From: a virus
Taxonomy: Duplodnaviria; Caudoviricetes
Virus record (IMG/VR): IMGVR_UViG_3300020045_003670
Coordinates: 1-42,857 of that record
DNA: 42,857 nt
Strand: one strand, 5' to 3'
The notes below the pieces were generated by a model. It was not told where the DNA came from. It saw only the letters and a program-made list of their open reading frames with translations, and did no database searches. Within the stretch, counting starts at the first letter, position 1; each line of letters starts with the position of its first letter. Position numbers and translations under genes: made by a program. Shown here piece by piece: positions 23,991 to 34,231 of the stretch.

Positions 23991-25232
23991 ATGGCTAATA
24001 CAGTCCTTACCCCTACCATCATTGCCAAAGAGGCTTTGATGATCCTCGAAAACAACCTGGTTATGCCCAAGCTGGTGTACCGTGGTTACGAGGATGAATT
24101 CACCAACGGAAAGAACGGCTATAAGACCGGCTCTTCTGTTTCCATCCGTCGCCCCACCGACTTCACTGTTCGCTCCGGTGCGACTGCCGTCATGCAGGAT
24201 GTCGTTGAAGGCAGCACCTCAATCACCGTTGACAAACAGCGCGGCGTTGATTTCAACTTCACTTCTACGCAGCTCACGCTTTCGATTGGCGAACTCTCGG
24301 ATCGGGTTCTCAAGCCCGCTATGATCCAGCTCGCGAACGAGATCGATTCTCAGCTCTGCGCCCTCTATTCGACGGTCTTCAATTGGGTCGGCACTCCCGG
24401 CCAGACGATCAACAGCTTCAGCGACTTCAATAAGGGCGCAACCCGCCTCAACGAATTCGCGGTGCCGATGGGCGATCGTTCCGCTGTCCTCTCCCCGAAC
24501 GACCAGGACGGCATGCTGGGTTCGCAGACCGCGCTGTACATTCAGGGTCCGGCAGGCGATGCTTATCGCTCCGGCAAGCTTGGCATGATCGGCAACGTCG
24601 ATACCTACATGGATCAGAACATCAAGACCCATACTGTGGGTGTTGCAACTGGTACGCCGCTGGTCAACGGAGCAAGCCAGAACGTCACTTACGCCGCGTC
24701 GAAGGATACCTATACTCAGTCGCTCATCACTGACGGCTGGACGAACTCCACGACCGGTATTCTGAAGGCTGGCGACATCTTCACCATTGCCAATGTTTAT
24801 GCTGTCAATCCCGTCAGCAAGGCTACGCTGTCGTTCCTGCGCCAGTTCGTTGTCACCGCAGACGCCGATTCCGGCGCATCGACCGGCCCGGCAACACTGA
24901 CGATTTCCCCGCCTATCATCACGTCTGGTGCTCAGCAGACCGTCAGCGCTGCCCCTGCCGATAACGCAGCGATTACTGTCCTTGGTTCCGGCAGCACCGG
25001 CTACTCCCAGAGCCTGGTATTTGACCGCAACGCATTCGCGTTCGTTTCCGTCCCGATGGAAATGCCGCAGGGTGTGAATGGTGGAACCCGCCAGTCGTAC
25101 AAGGGCATCAACGTTCGCCTGCTGCCCTACTATGACGGCACGAATGACATCAGCAATTGGCGCTTTGATGTTCTCTTCGGCACCAAAACACTGGACGCTC
25201 GCCTCGCAACCCGACTGAGCGGCACAGCTTAA
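23991..25232 (+). CDS. Major capsid protein, P22 gp5-like
   Basis: MANTVLTPTIIAKEALMILENNLV...LKPAMIQLANEID...LKAGDIFTIANV...RFDVLFG. Confidence 0.95.
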   Translation: MANTVLTPTIIAKEALMILENNLVMPKLVYRGYEDEFTNGKNGYKTGSSVSIRRPTDFTVRSGATAVMQDVVEGSTSITVDKQRGVDFNFTSTQLTLSIGELSDRVLKPAMIQLANEIDSQLCALYSTVFNWVGTPGQTINSFSDFNKGATRLNEFAVPMGDRSAVLSPNDQDGMLGSQTALYIQGPAGDAYRSGKLGMIGNVDTYMDQNIKTHTVGVATGTPLVNGASQNVTYAASKDTYTQSLITDGWTNSTTGILKAGDIFTIANVYAVNPVSKATLSFLRQFVVTADADSGASTGPATLTISPPIITSGAQQTVSAAPADNAAITVLGSGSTGYSQSLVFDRNAFAFVSVPMEMPQGVNGGTRQSYKGINVRLLPYYDGTNDISNWRFDVLFGTKTLDARLATRLSGTA

Positions 25233-25244
25233 TCTGAGTAACTA

Positions 25245-25272
25245 ATGGCCCTGCTTTAACGAGCGGGGCCAT
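25245..25272 (+). terminator. Stem-loop after capsid gene (stabiliser or weak terminator)
   Basis: ATGGCCCTGCTT / GAGCGGGGCCAT 12-bp stem with no U tract. Confidence 0.5.
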
Positions 25273-25304
25273 CCTCTCTCCCGAACAAAAGAAAGGCGCT
25301 CAAG

Positions 25305-25541
25305 ATGACCGCTGTTCAACTCTCCAATGCCACGGCTGATGGTACTACGCTCGGCCAGTCCACCACTGACCTGATTGCCTTCTATGGCAAGACACCGATC
25401 GCACAGCGCTCGCTCGCTGCGCAGGCAACGTCTTTGGTCGGCACTGCTTCCTCAACTGCTGTTGATACCAATCTCAAAGCAGCGGTTCTGGAAATCATGA
25501 ACACCCTGACCGCTGTGGGTTTGTGGAAGGGCAGTGCCTGA
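25305..25541 (+). CDS. Small capsid-associated/decoration protein (putative)
   Basis: DGTTLGQSTTDLIAFYGKTP...LTAVGL; follows the coat gene. Confidence 0.6.
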   Translation: MTAVQLSNATADGTTLGQSTTDLIAFYGKTPIAQRSLAAQATSLVGTASSTAVDTNLKAAVLEIMNTLTAVGLWKGSA

Positions 25542-25601
25542 TCAACGCATTCATGCCGGGGGCTGTCGTGGCCCTCGGCACTCTCTTTGACGTGAGGCTG
25601 C

Positions 25602-26288
25602 ATGACAAAAAAAGTGGTGTTCTGCACCCCAACCATGACTAAGCCATTGCCTGAATATCTCGATGCTCTTGAGAAGGCAGCGCCTGTTGTAAGGGAAGCA
25701 GGGTGGGATGAAGCCGCTGTGTTCGAAATCGGTAGTCCTTATATAAGCGGGGCAAGGGCAACGCTTCTACGGAAGGCGCTGGATGCTGATGCGGATGTCA
25801 TCGTGTTCCTCGACCATGACGTATCATTCCAGCCGGAAGACCTTTTGAAGTTGATTGAAACGGATGGTGATGTTGTCGCTGGAACATATCGTTTCAAGAA
25901 GGATGAAGAGGAATACATGGGGGTCTGGAAGACGGACCTTGATGGGGTGCCGCTCCTGCGCAAAGACGGATGCTTTTTGGCTGAACGTGTGCCAGCAGGG
26001 TTCCTGAAGGTCACGAAAGAAGCCGTCCACAGGTTTATGAAGGCTTACCCGAACTTGATCTACGGGCCGCTCTACAATGCATCTGTTGATCTGTTCAATC
26101 ACGGTGCAATCGATGGCGTTCTGTGGGGCGAGGATTATGCCTTTTCCAAGCGCTGGCTGGAGTTGGGCGGGGAGATAGCCCTGATTCCAAATCTTAACAT
26201 CAACCATCATTCTGGCGCTGCTGAATATGCGGGTAACTTGCATGAATTCATGTTGCGTATGCCAGGCGGATCAAAGGCGGTAGCTTGA
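25602..26288 (+). CDS. GT-A fold (family 2-like) glycosyltransferase
   Basis: VVFCTP...AR...VIVFLDHDVSF (DxD)...AGFLKV...GEDYAFSKRW. Confidence 0.75.
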   Translation: MTKKVVFCTPTMTKPLPEYLDALEKAAPVVREAGWDEAAVFEIGSPYISGARATLLRKALDADADVIVFLDHDVSFQPEDLLKLIETDGDVVAGTYRFKKDEEEYMGVWKTDLDGVPLLRKDGCFLAERVPAGFLKVTKEAVHRFMKAYPNLIYGPLYNASVDLFNHGAIDGVLWGEDYAFSKRWLELGGEIALIPNLNINHHSGAAEYAGNLHEFMLRMPGGSKAVA

Positions 26289-26932
26289 TGGCCCTCATCA
26301 CTGATTATACCAGTCTAAAAGATGCGCTTGCGGCGTTTCAGGACAGGTCCGATGTCCCGGCTGATCAGGCGATACAGCTCGCAGAGGCCCGGTTGAACCG
26401 CATCCTCAAGGTGGTCGAAATCAATTCGACACTGACCGGCGTTGCCAGTTCCCGCGAGATTGATGTTTCAACCCTCAATGTCATCTCTCCTGTTTCGCTG
26501 TTTCTCAACGATACGAACACACGCCGCGAATATGAGCTTGTCCCAAAGCCAGATGGTCAGTTTGCCTATGGTGAGACAACCGGGTTCCCATCGACATGGG
26601 CGTATGCAAACGACACCATTACCTTCGATGTCCCGCTTGATCAGGCGTACACATTCCGCTTTCACCACACTGGACGTTTTGCCCTCAGCGATGCCAACCC
26701 AACCAACGAATTGCTGACCAATAACCCCGATATCTACCTTTGTGCTGCAATCGTATGGGGCGGTTTGTTTGTGGCGGATGACGCCGCTGTGAGCCGGTAT
26801 GCCCAACCGCTACAGGCTTTCATTTCCGAACAGAAGCTGATCGAGGAACAGGCGCGGCGCGGAAAGCTGACCGTTGACCCTGCGCTATCAACTCACCGTG
26901 GCTATTCGTATCGAGGCTTTTACGGATGGTGA
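26288..26932 (+). CDS. Head-to-tail adaptor protein
   Basis: ITDYTSLKDA...IQLAEARLNR...TNELLTNNPDIYL pattern typical of podovirus adaptors. Confidence 0.75.
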   Translation: MALITDYTSLKDALAAFQDRSDVPADQAIQLAEARLNRILKVVEINSTLTGVASSREIDVSTLNVISPVSLFLNDTNTRREYELVPKPDGQFAYGETTGFPSTWAYANDTITFDVPLDQAYTFRFHHTGRFALSDANPTNELLTNNPDIYLCAAIVWGGLFVADDAAVSRYAQPLQAFISEQKLIEEQARRGKLTVDPALSTHRGYSYRGFYGW

Positions 26933-28476
26933 AGCTTGCCGCTGCGCTCTTTGAACCGGACAAAAGCCGGTATAATCTCGGGGCAAGCCAGGAAATTCTA
27001 AACGTGCTCCCGGTTGCCGATGGCTGGATGCCAATGCCGGCGCCGTCCGCACTGACACCAACGATGTACTTTTTCGTTGATGAGGAAGGCAATCCACTTC
27101 TGGACACGCCTCCCGAAGATCTGGAGTATTTTGTTGAGCTTGGAAGCGGTGCGGTTGTCGATGGCGATGTGCTTCTGCCAGAGACGGCGAGGGGCGGAAT
27201 CTTCGTTCGCCTGTCCAATGGTTCGACAAGACTTTTTGTAGGGACGGAAACTCGGCTCTGGGAATTCGACTACACAAATTACTACTGGCGGGATGCGTCT
27301 GGATCATCGGCACCATATGCAACACCGGACAGGTGGTCATTCGCGCTCTATGGTACGGGGCTTTACTGCCAGAATGGCGTTGATCCTGAACAAGTCATAG
27401 ACATCGGCACGGATACGGTATTCTCGGACAATGCGACGGCTCCAATCGCGTCCTATATTACGGTTGTTGCTGACTTCATGATGCGCGGGCGATTGGCGTC
27501 CAACATTGATCAAGTCCAGTGGTCTGCGCTTGATGACCCGGCGTCGAACACTATCGGCCTTGATTTTTCCGATGTGCAGCCTTTCGGCGTCGGCAATGGC
27601 GTTCAGGGGATTGTGTCTATCAGCAGCGGCGCGGTGGTATTCCTTCGCGATGCGGTCTATATTTTCAGCTATCCCGACCCTGAATATGTCTTCCGCAGTT
27701 CGCCTGTCACGCTTTACCGTGGGGCGATCGCTCCATATTCGATCTGCAAGATCGGACAGGATGATTTTGTCTTTTATGCCGCTGATGGGTTTTATCGCGG
27801 TACTGGAATGCAGCCGATCGGTGCCGAAAGGGTAGACCGGACGATTCTTTCCGTCTGCGATCAGACGGCGCGTGAGAACATGGTTTCGGCGGCTGACTTC
27901 CGGCGCAAGATCGTGTGGTTCCGCGTTGCCACGATGAACGGCGCATATATGCTTTTCGGCTATAATTGGCAGCTTGATCGCTGGTGCCAGTCTGACGCTG
28001 ATCTCGTTGATTTGTTCAGGCTCGAAACAGTCGGCATGACCATCGACGGCCTGGCGAATGTGTTTGAGACGTTTGACGACATCAACGTTCCTTTCGATTC
28101 CTCGCTGTTCGATGGCGGATCAACGGAGTTCGGCGGCGTCGATAGCAGTGGTGCACTTGTCTATCTCAACGGCAATCCGATGGAAGCCACGATAGCCACC
28201 AATGAAGCCTCGCTGAATGGGACAAATCGGGCATTCGTCAACGGCGGTCGCATGGATGGCGATGCATCTGACTTCTCGGCTGTTCTTTCGATGGCTGATT
28301 ACAAGGGCAGCACATTCCTTTCAAAGCCTGCCGTGTCGCCATCGTCTCGCACCCGGTTCGTTCCGTTTAGAGGTGATGGCCGCGTGCACAAGGTCACGCT
28401 GACAATCCCGGCCGGGACCGAATGGACAATATTCCAAGGGATTGATCTTGAGGCGACTGGATCTGGAAAGTCATGA
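26926..28476 (+). CDS. Tail hub/nozzle protein (P22 gp10-like)
   Basis: Beta-propeller-like composition; VQWSALDD and PIGAERVDR motifs; position. Confidence 0.7.
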   Translation: MVKLAAALFEPDKSRYNLGASQEILNVLPVADGWMPMPAPSALTPTMYFFVDEEGNPLLDTPPEDLEYFVELGSGAVVDGDVLLPETARGGIFVRLSNGSTRLFVGTETRLWEFDYTNYYWRDASGSSAPYATPDRWSFALYGTGLYCQNGVDPEQVIDIGTDTVFSDNATAPIASYITVVADFMMRGRLASNIDQVQWSALDDPASNTIGLDFSDVQPFGVGNGVQGIVSISSGAVVFLRDAVYIFSYPDPEYVFRSSPVTLYRGAIAPYSICKIGQDDFVFYAADGFYRGTGMQPIGAERVDRTILSVCDQTARENMVSAADFRRKIVWFRVATMNGAYMLFGYNWQLDRWCQSDADLVDLFRLETVGMTIDGLANVFETFDDINVPFDSSLFDGGSTEFGGVDSSGALVYLNGNPMEATIATNEASLNGTNRAFVNGGRMDGDASDFSAVLSMADYKGSTFLSKPAVSPSSRTRFVPFRGDGRVHKVTLTIPAGTEWTIFQGIDLEATGSGKS

Positions 28477-28841
28477 TTGTCACCTATTCGAATGACAAGC
28501 GGAATGTTTATCCGAAGAACCTCGGAAACACGACACTCACCGTTCTTGTCCCATGCCTCAAGGCAACAAAAACACTGGAAAGCGTATCGGTCGCATGTGG
28601 TGCGACAGGAGCGGATTTCACCCTCGTCTATAACGATGGGACAAATGATTACTATCTCGAAAATGCCCGTCCAATTGCGGCCAATGCATCCTACTACATC
28701 AAGGACCATTTGGTTCAGATGAAGATCGGGGATTCGATCAAGGTCAAGGCAAGTGCCGCCGATCGATTGAGTGTCATCGCGGTAACGATCGATACCATGC
28801 CGCAAACGTCTGCAACGCCTAACCTGGGCTTTGCGCGGTGA
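28473..28841 (+). CDS. Small tail-associated protein
   Basis: Coupled; GDSIKVKAS beta-sandwich pattern. Confidence 0.6.
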   Translation: MIVTYSNDKRNVYPKNLGNTTLTVLVPCLKATKTLESVSVACGATGADFTLVYNDGTNDYYLENARPIAANASYYIKDHLVQMKIGDSIKVKASAADRLSVIAVTIDTMPQTSATPNLGFAR

Positions 28842-29275
28842 ATACCGCACCGTTGGCCCAAAAGGCAGAGATTTGCGCTCAGGCGGTCGCTGTGGCCGAA
28901 GTAGACGCCATCTGGCCTATGATTGCCGATGACATCGTGCGGTGTCTGGAGAAGACACCTTCATACCTGACGGCCGGCGATCTGTGGACCATGTGCAGGA
29001 GCGGCAAGGCGTTTCTTCTCGCTGTTCATGATGGGTCTGTAATCAGGGCCGCGTCAGTCTGGCAATTCGAGGGGCAGAATTTTGTCTGTCTGGTGCTGGT
29101 CGGGAGAGGATCAAGCGATTGGATACCGGCGCTGTTTGATGCTGCGTCGTTCATCGCCAAAGCCGGCGGCGCAAAGACGCTCATGGCCACGGCAAGAATT
29201 GGCTTAGGCCCACGACTGAAAAAACATCTCCCGACACTCCGAACGATCAGACACACCTATACGGTGGAGGTTTAA
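28838..29275 (+). CDS. GNAT-like virion assembly protein (putative)
   Basis: VDAIWPMI...AKAGGAK...RIG pattern; position before the ejection genes. Confidence 0.5.
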   Translation: MNTAPLAQKAEICAQAVAVAEVDAIWPMIADDIVRCLEKTPSYLTAGDLWTMCRSGKAFLLAVHDGSVIRAASVWQFEGQNFVCLVLVGRGSSDWIPALFDAASFIAKAGGAKTLMATARIGLGPRLKKHLPTLRTIRHTYTVEV

Positions 29276-29277
29276 AC

Positions 29278-30360
29278 ATGGGCAGCAGCACGCAAGAGAC
29301 CAAACAGGTCAACCAGCCTTATAAAGAGCTACAGCCGCTCATCAATACGACCATTACCGACGCCTTGAGGGCTTATAAGGGCGGTGTCGGCGCAAATACC
29401 ACGTCGATGGTGGTGCCGTGGTCAAACCAGACCATGAAGGCGCAGGATGGAATTATGGGCATTGCCAGCCGCAACGCGAATGGCAAGAACGGCCTGAACG
29501 CGAACCTTCAAGGGATCATCAATAACGGTGGTTTCAGCGACCGCCAGAATTCCGCAATGGACAACATGACCCGCCAGCTTGGGCAGCTCGGCAAGAATGG
29601 TCTGTCCGATGCTGGTGATCGGGCCTTGGGCGTCTACGGCAAGCAGCTGAATCGCCTCGGTTCTAACGGCCTGACGAATGCTCAAGACGATGTGATGAGC
29701 AACTATTCGCAGCTTGCAAACAGCAAATACAACGCGAATGCCAACCCCGGTTATCAGGACGTTCGACAGAACCTGATTGACGACACCCAGAACGCAGTCA
29801 ACCTCAATGCGGCGGCGGCTGGGCGGTATGGCTCCGGCGTTCATGAGGGCGTGCAGGCGCGTGAAATTGGCAAGGTCACGTCCAATATGGACATGAACGA
29901 TTTCAACAACTGGCTGTCTCGCCGTGATTCCGCCAATTCTAGCCTTGCAAACCTCTCTCAGATGGGCCTCGGCAACATGCAGGGTCTTGCGCAAGGCATG
30001 GCCGGCCTCGGTCAGCAGGGTGTTGCAAACAGGCAGGGCCTTAGTTCTGGCCTGTTCAATGCGGCGCAGGCTGGTCAGGGCAACATGACAGCAGCCTATC
30101 AGGGCATGAAATCTCCATACACTGACATGATGGGCGTCGGATCAATGGATGAGGATCTGATGCGCCGGCAACTGGACGATCAGCAGCGTGTTGCGAACCT
30201 GCCTTGGACGCAGTTGCAAAAACTCCAGTCGATCGGATCTGGAACCGGCAATTATAACACAACGACAACCACGGCACCGGGTCCAAATCCATTCCTGTCA
30301 ACCATTGGCGGCGTTGGAAGCGGTCTAAGTTCGCTCAATTCCATCTTCTCGATGCTGTAA
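29278..30360 (+). CDS. DNA ejection (pilot) protein
   Basis: G/N/Q/A-rich; AAAGRYGSG motif; C-terminal amphipathic GG segment. Confidence 0.7.
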   Translation: MGSSTQETKQVNQPYKELQPLINTTITDALRAYKGGVGANTTSMVVPWSNQTMKAQDGIMGIASRNANGKNGLNANLQGIINNGGFSDRQNSAMDNMTRQLGQLGKNGLSDAGDRALGVYGKQLNRLGSNGLTNAQDDVMSNYSQLANSKYNANANPGYQDVRQNLIDDTQNAVNLNAAAAGRYGSGVHEGVQAREIGKVTSNMDMNDFNNWLSRRDSANSSLANLSQMGLGNMQGLAQGMAGLGQQGVANRQGLSSGLFNAAQAGQGNMTAAYQGMKSPYTDMMGVGSMDEDLMRRQLDDQQRVANLPWTQLQKLQSIGSGTGNYNTTTTTAPGPNPFLSTIGGVGSGLSSLNSIFSML

Positions 30361-30369
30361 GGAACGAAC

Positions 30370-30840
30370 ATGAAAAAACCAATGCGCTCTGATGACCGGG
30401 AGATGATCCACAGGGGTTTCCACAACAACAAGAAGAACGAAGGCGTCGGCGGGCAGGGCGGTATCCTTTCTGCCTTCATGCCGGGTGGTCAGGGCCTGTT
30501 GGCGCAGCAGCTTAACAACGGCTTCGGCGGTGGTGTAGGTAACATCAAAAAGCAGCTCGGGCAGGTCTATTCGCCAATGAATATTCCCAATTTTGTCTAT
30601 GGCGGCGAGGATGCTGTTGACGAGGAAAAGGTTAAAACCCGCAAGGGTCCAGACAACAACCTTGACGAAGACGGCATGTATCACGAGCCGTTCTATGATG
30701 GCGACCACACAAGGGCAGTCGGTGTCATGCAGCCAAACCAGATGCAGGCACAGCAAAACGCACTGTCGGCGCTCTCTGGCCAGCAGTTGACACCACAGAT
30801 GCTTGCCATGATCCGCCAGCGCCTCGCACAGAAGGTTTAA
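30370..30840 (+). CDS. Putative ejection-associated protein
   Basis: AAGGA SD; G/Q-rich; position. Confidence 0.55.
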   Translation: MKKPMRSDDREMIHRGFHNNKKNEGVGGQGGILSAFMPGGQGLLAQQLNNGFGGGVGNIKKQLGQVYSPMNIPNFVYGGEDAVDEEKVKTRKGPDNNLDEDGMYHEPFYDGDHTRAVGVMQPNQMQAQQNALSALSGQQLTPQMLAMIRQRLAQKV

Positions 30841-30843
30841 GCC

Positions 30844-31947
30844 ATGTTTGAAGATCCAAACAAGCGTAAGCAGTTCTTCGATGCTCTTGGCGCTCTAGGG
30901 CAGGGCCTTACTACGGGTAACTCTTGGCAGCAGCAGCTTGGAAACGCAAACCTCGGATTGACTGCGCATCGCGACCAGATGGCGCTCAAGCAGGCTGAAT
31001 CTGATAAGATCAATCAGACAGTCCAGATGTTGCAGGCACAGGCACCGGAGCTTGCGCAAGCCGTGCAGTCGGGGATTATGACGCCATCCGATGCCTATGG
31101 TACATTTCTGAAAAAGCAGCAGGAAGCAGTAGCAGAGGCGGCGAAGGCCAAACAGCCAGACTACATCAGCGTTAACGGGTTGATCTTTGACAAGAACTCC
31201 AAGCAGTGGATTCAGCCACCGGCCGACATGGCGGGGTCAAAGACAGAATACGGGTTGCAGCCGATTTGGATGAAAGACCCGAAAACAAAACAGTTGCGCC
31301 TAGCTGTTCCAGGCAAAGACGGAACCCTTAAACTTCTTGACACCCCGCCAGGTCTTGAGCCTCTGCCGGGTGTTTCGAATGTTGATCTCGGGACATCCAT
31401 CGGCGTGCGAGATAACCGCACTGGTGATATGATCAAGAGCTATCCAAAGGATGTCGCAGGGGCGGCGGCGGCAAATGCTTCTGGCAAGGTACAGGGTGAA
31501 ATCAAGGCGTCGATCCCGGCTGTCGAATCCACCGCCAGCACCATGAAGGAAATGATTAAGAGTGTGAAGGATGACCCGTATCGAGCGCGTGGTACTGGCT
31601 TCACATCGATCGCCAATTCAATTCCAGCAACAGGCGGCTACGACTTTCAGAAGAAAGTTGATCAACTTGGTGGTCAGGCATTCTTGCAGGCTATCCAGCA
31701 AATGCAGGGTTTTGGTGCGCTTTCCAATCAGGAAGGCCAGACCGCAAGGGACGCTATTGCACGTCTGGACACGGCGCAATCGGAAGAGGCATTCGACACA
31801 GCATTGAAAGACCTTGAAACGATCATTGACCGTGGCGTTGAAAAGGCGAGGGCTATGGGCGGTGTTGAGAATGCAGACCCTAGCGCATCGACGGCCAACA
31901 CTCCCAACCGCACATCAAGCGGCGTGACTTGGAGCGAGGAACCATAA
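30844..31947 (+). CDS. DNA ejection protein (gp20-like)
   Basis: QAFLQAIQQMQGFGALSNQEG...AIARLD..QSEEAF motif. Confidence 0.7.
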   Translation: MFEDPNKRKQFFDALGALGQGLTTGNSWQQQLGNANLGLTAHRDQMALKQAESDKINQTVQMLQAQAPELAQAVQSGIMTPSDAYGTFLKKQQEAVAEAAKAKQPDYISVNGLIFDKNSKQWIQPPADMAGSKTEYGLQPIWMKDPKTKQLRLAVPGKDGTLKLLDTPPGLEPLPGVSNVDLGTSIGVRDNRTGDMIKSYPKDVAGAAAANASGKVQGEIKASIPAVESTASTMKEMIKSVKDDPYRARGTGFTSIANSIPATGGYDFQKKVDQLGGQAFLQAIQQMQGFGALSNQEGQTARDAIARLDTAQSEEAFDTALKDLETIIDRGVEKARAMGGVENADPSASTANTPNRTSSGVTWSEEP

Positions 31948-33908
31948 TGCCAATTCTCAATATCGAAGGCCGCAAGATCCGGGTTGATGACAGCTTTTCA
32001 TCGCTGTCTACCGAGCAAAAGAACGCGACCGTCGAAGAGATCGTGCGGGCGATGAAGATTGTGCCTAAAACCCCTGAACTGGCAAAACCGGACGAAAGCA
32101 AGGGGACATATCGCGGAACAATCCTGCCAATGGAACGCAACCTTGATACGGGGGAACGCTCTTGGGCAATGCCTACCATGTTGCAGGGTATCCTTGACAG
32201 CGGCGCGGCGGCGGTAACTGCACCGGGCCGCGCTATGGCTGGCGATCTGCCGATGACGGACGAGAAGGGCAACACATCCCCGCAAGCTATCGCAGAAGGG
32301 TTTAACCTTGCATCGTGGGTATCGCCAACGTCGATCGCTTCTGGCACAGGGAAAGAAATTGCCAAGAATGCAGGGGTAACGACAGCAAACGACGCGCTTG
32401 AATCCGTTTCGGCGCGGCTTATGCGCAAGACGACGCCTGAAATGGCCGACAAAGCGTTGAACTCAGAGCGCAACCAGCTTTTGCAGGCTTCTGGTCGGCT
32501 TGGTGTTGATATGCCGCGTGCGGCCATAAGCGAAAGTTCAAGCGTTCAAAATATTGGCAAGAAACTCTCTGAACTTCCTATCGTCGGCACACCGATCAAG
32601 ACGGCATCTCGGAATGCCATGAACCAGCTTGATGATGCAGCGACAGCAACGCAGACTAGCCTGGGAACGGGCGACATGGCCGTTGCAGGAAACAAGATTA
32701 GCCGCTCAATTAGTGATTTTGCCAAAATCGAGGAACCTGCGAACGTTTCCGCTCTGTACGGCGAGCTAAAGAAGGTAGTGAACCCTGATGTTACTACCCC
32801 TCTATCCGCCACGGCAAAAATTGCATCCGAACTGACAGCGCGGGATGCCCGCCAGCGCATTGGCGCAAACCGCGCCGCTGATTTCGTCGCCGATGCTGTG
32901 CAATCGCCTATGGCTTATGAAGATATCAAGGGGCTGAGAACCCGCGTTGGCAATATGCTGGCAGATCCATTGAGAAAAGAACTCTCAAACCTGAAAGTAT
33001 CAGAAGAGGACATGAATGCTCTGTATGCGGCTTTGTCCACAGATTTGAAAAATTCTGTGAAAGCAGCAGGCGGCGACGAAGGTCTTAAGCTTTTCAATGA
33101 GGCCAACAACAGAGCTGCTATATTTGCTCGTGACAAGGCTGCGATCAAGAAGGTCATGGGAACGGGGTCAGACGAGAATATTGCGTCAAACCTCATCGCT
33201 ATGGCCGGGAATACTGGTCGCGCCAACGTTAAAGATTTGATGCTGATGAAATCAAAGGTCAGCAAAGATTCGTGGAACGAACTTTCATCGGCGGCTATTT
33301 CAAGACTAAGCGGCGGGGATGCCGACTTCTCTCCAGCGAAGTTTACCACGGCATGGAATAAGATGTCCCCAACGGGCAAGAAAATATTGTTTGATGAGCA
33401 GTCACGCAAGGCTCTGAATGACATTGCGCTGGTATCCGGGCGATTTCAGAAATTGCAGCAATACGCCAACCCGTCGCAGTCTGGCGCAATGGCGTTAACC
33501 GGTGCTGGAGCTACGGGCCTAATAGCTGGGTTGTTTGAGCCAACCACTCTAGCTGTAACTGCGACGACGGCCCTTACAGGCCGTGGGTTGTCTTGGTATC
33601 TATCAAAACCAGCCCGCGTTAAGGTGTTGGCAGATTACTCCAAGGCTTACGAGATGGCTGCTAGAGCGCCTGGGAAATCCTCAACAGCATTTCTCGGCAG
33701 GAAGGCTCAAGAGCTTGCGTTGATCGTTGCAAACGACGTTGGGAAACCCGGTATGGCGGGCAGTCTAGCGGCTAAGCTCATGCTTCAGAAGCAGGCAGCA
33801 GCAGATCAAAACGACAATGTAGGCGTCGGGGAAGACGTAGGCCAGCAGCAGCCCCGCACTGAAAGTCAGATGTTTAACGACGCCTATCTGCAAGGCAACG
33901 CGCTCTAG
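31947..33908 (+). CDS. Large DNA ejection protein (gp16-like)
   Basis: Ala-rich helical; FSPAKFTTAWNKM...NPSQSG followed by a hydrophobic segment. Confidence 0.7.
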   Translation: MPILNIEGRKIRVDDSFSSLSTEQKNATVEEIVRAMKIVPKTPELAKPDESKGTYRGTILPMERNLDTGERSWAMPTMLQGILDSGAAAVTAPGRAMAGDLPMTDEKGNTSPQAIAEGFNLASWVSPTSIASGTGKEIAKNAGVTTANDALESVSARLMRKTTPEMADKALNSERNQLLQASGRLGVDMPRAAISESSSVQNIGKKLSELPIVGTPIKTASRNAMNQLDDAATATQTSLGTGDMAVAGNKISRSISDFAKIEEPANVSALYGELKKVVNPDVTTPLSATAKIASELTARDARQRIGANRAADFVADAVQSPMAYEDIKGLRTRVGNMLADPLRKELSNLKVSEEDMNALYAALSTDLKNSVKAAGGDEGLKLFNEANNRAAIFARDKAAIKKVMGTGSDENIASNLIAMAGNTGRANVKDLMLMKSKVSKDSWNELSSAAISRLSGGDADFSPAKFTTAWNKMSPTGKKILFDEQSRKALNDIALVSGRFQKLQQYANPSQSGAMALTGAGATGLIAGLFEPTTLAVTATTALTGRGLSWYLSKPARVKVLADYSKAYEMAARAPGKSSTAFLGRKAQELALIVANDVGKPGMAGSLAAKLMLQKQAAADQNDNVGVGEDVGQQQPRTESQMFNDAYLQGNAL

Positions 33909-34210
33909 TCGCACGCCGGAATAAACACGATGGAATCAAAAATCACATCACCCGTTAGCTTATCTCGGGTGATGTAGTGGGTGTCTGCTTTTGGATCACT
34001 CAGAAATGCAGCGGACTCCATGAGGACGCCGAAATTCTTGGAAATCGCTTTGGGATAAGTCTCCGCATACCGCCCCCAGGAGACCGTAAATGCCTTCTCG
34101 CTCTCTTCCATGCGGACTGTTGAATAATCACGAGCAACGTACCGATCACACGCACTTGCGCTTAGCGTGAACGCTGCGCTGAAAAGCAGGGCTGCTAATA
34201 TGGTTTTCAT
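33905..34210 (-). CDS. Secreted/periplasmic moron protein
   Basis: MKTILAALLFSAAFTLSASAC signal peptide; GGAGAGG SD; opposite strand within the ejection cluster. Confidence 0.7.
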   Translation of the reverse strand: MKTILAALLFSAAFTLSASACDRYVARDYSTVRMEESEKAFTVSWGRYAETYPKAISKNFGVLMESAAFLSDPKADTHYITRDKLTGDVIFDSIVFIPACD

Positions 34211-34231
34211 GAACCTCTCCAAGGGCACAAA

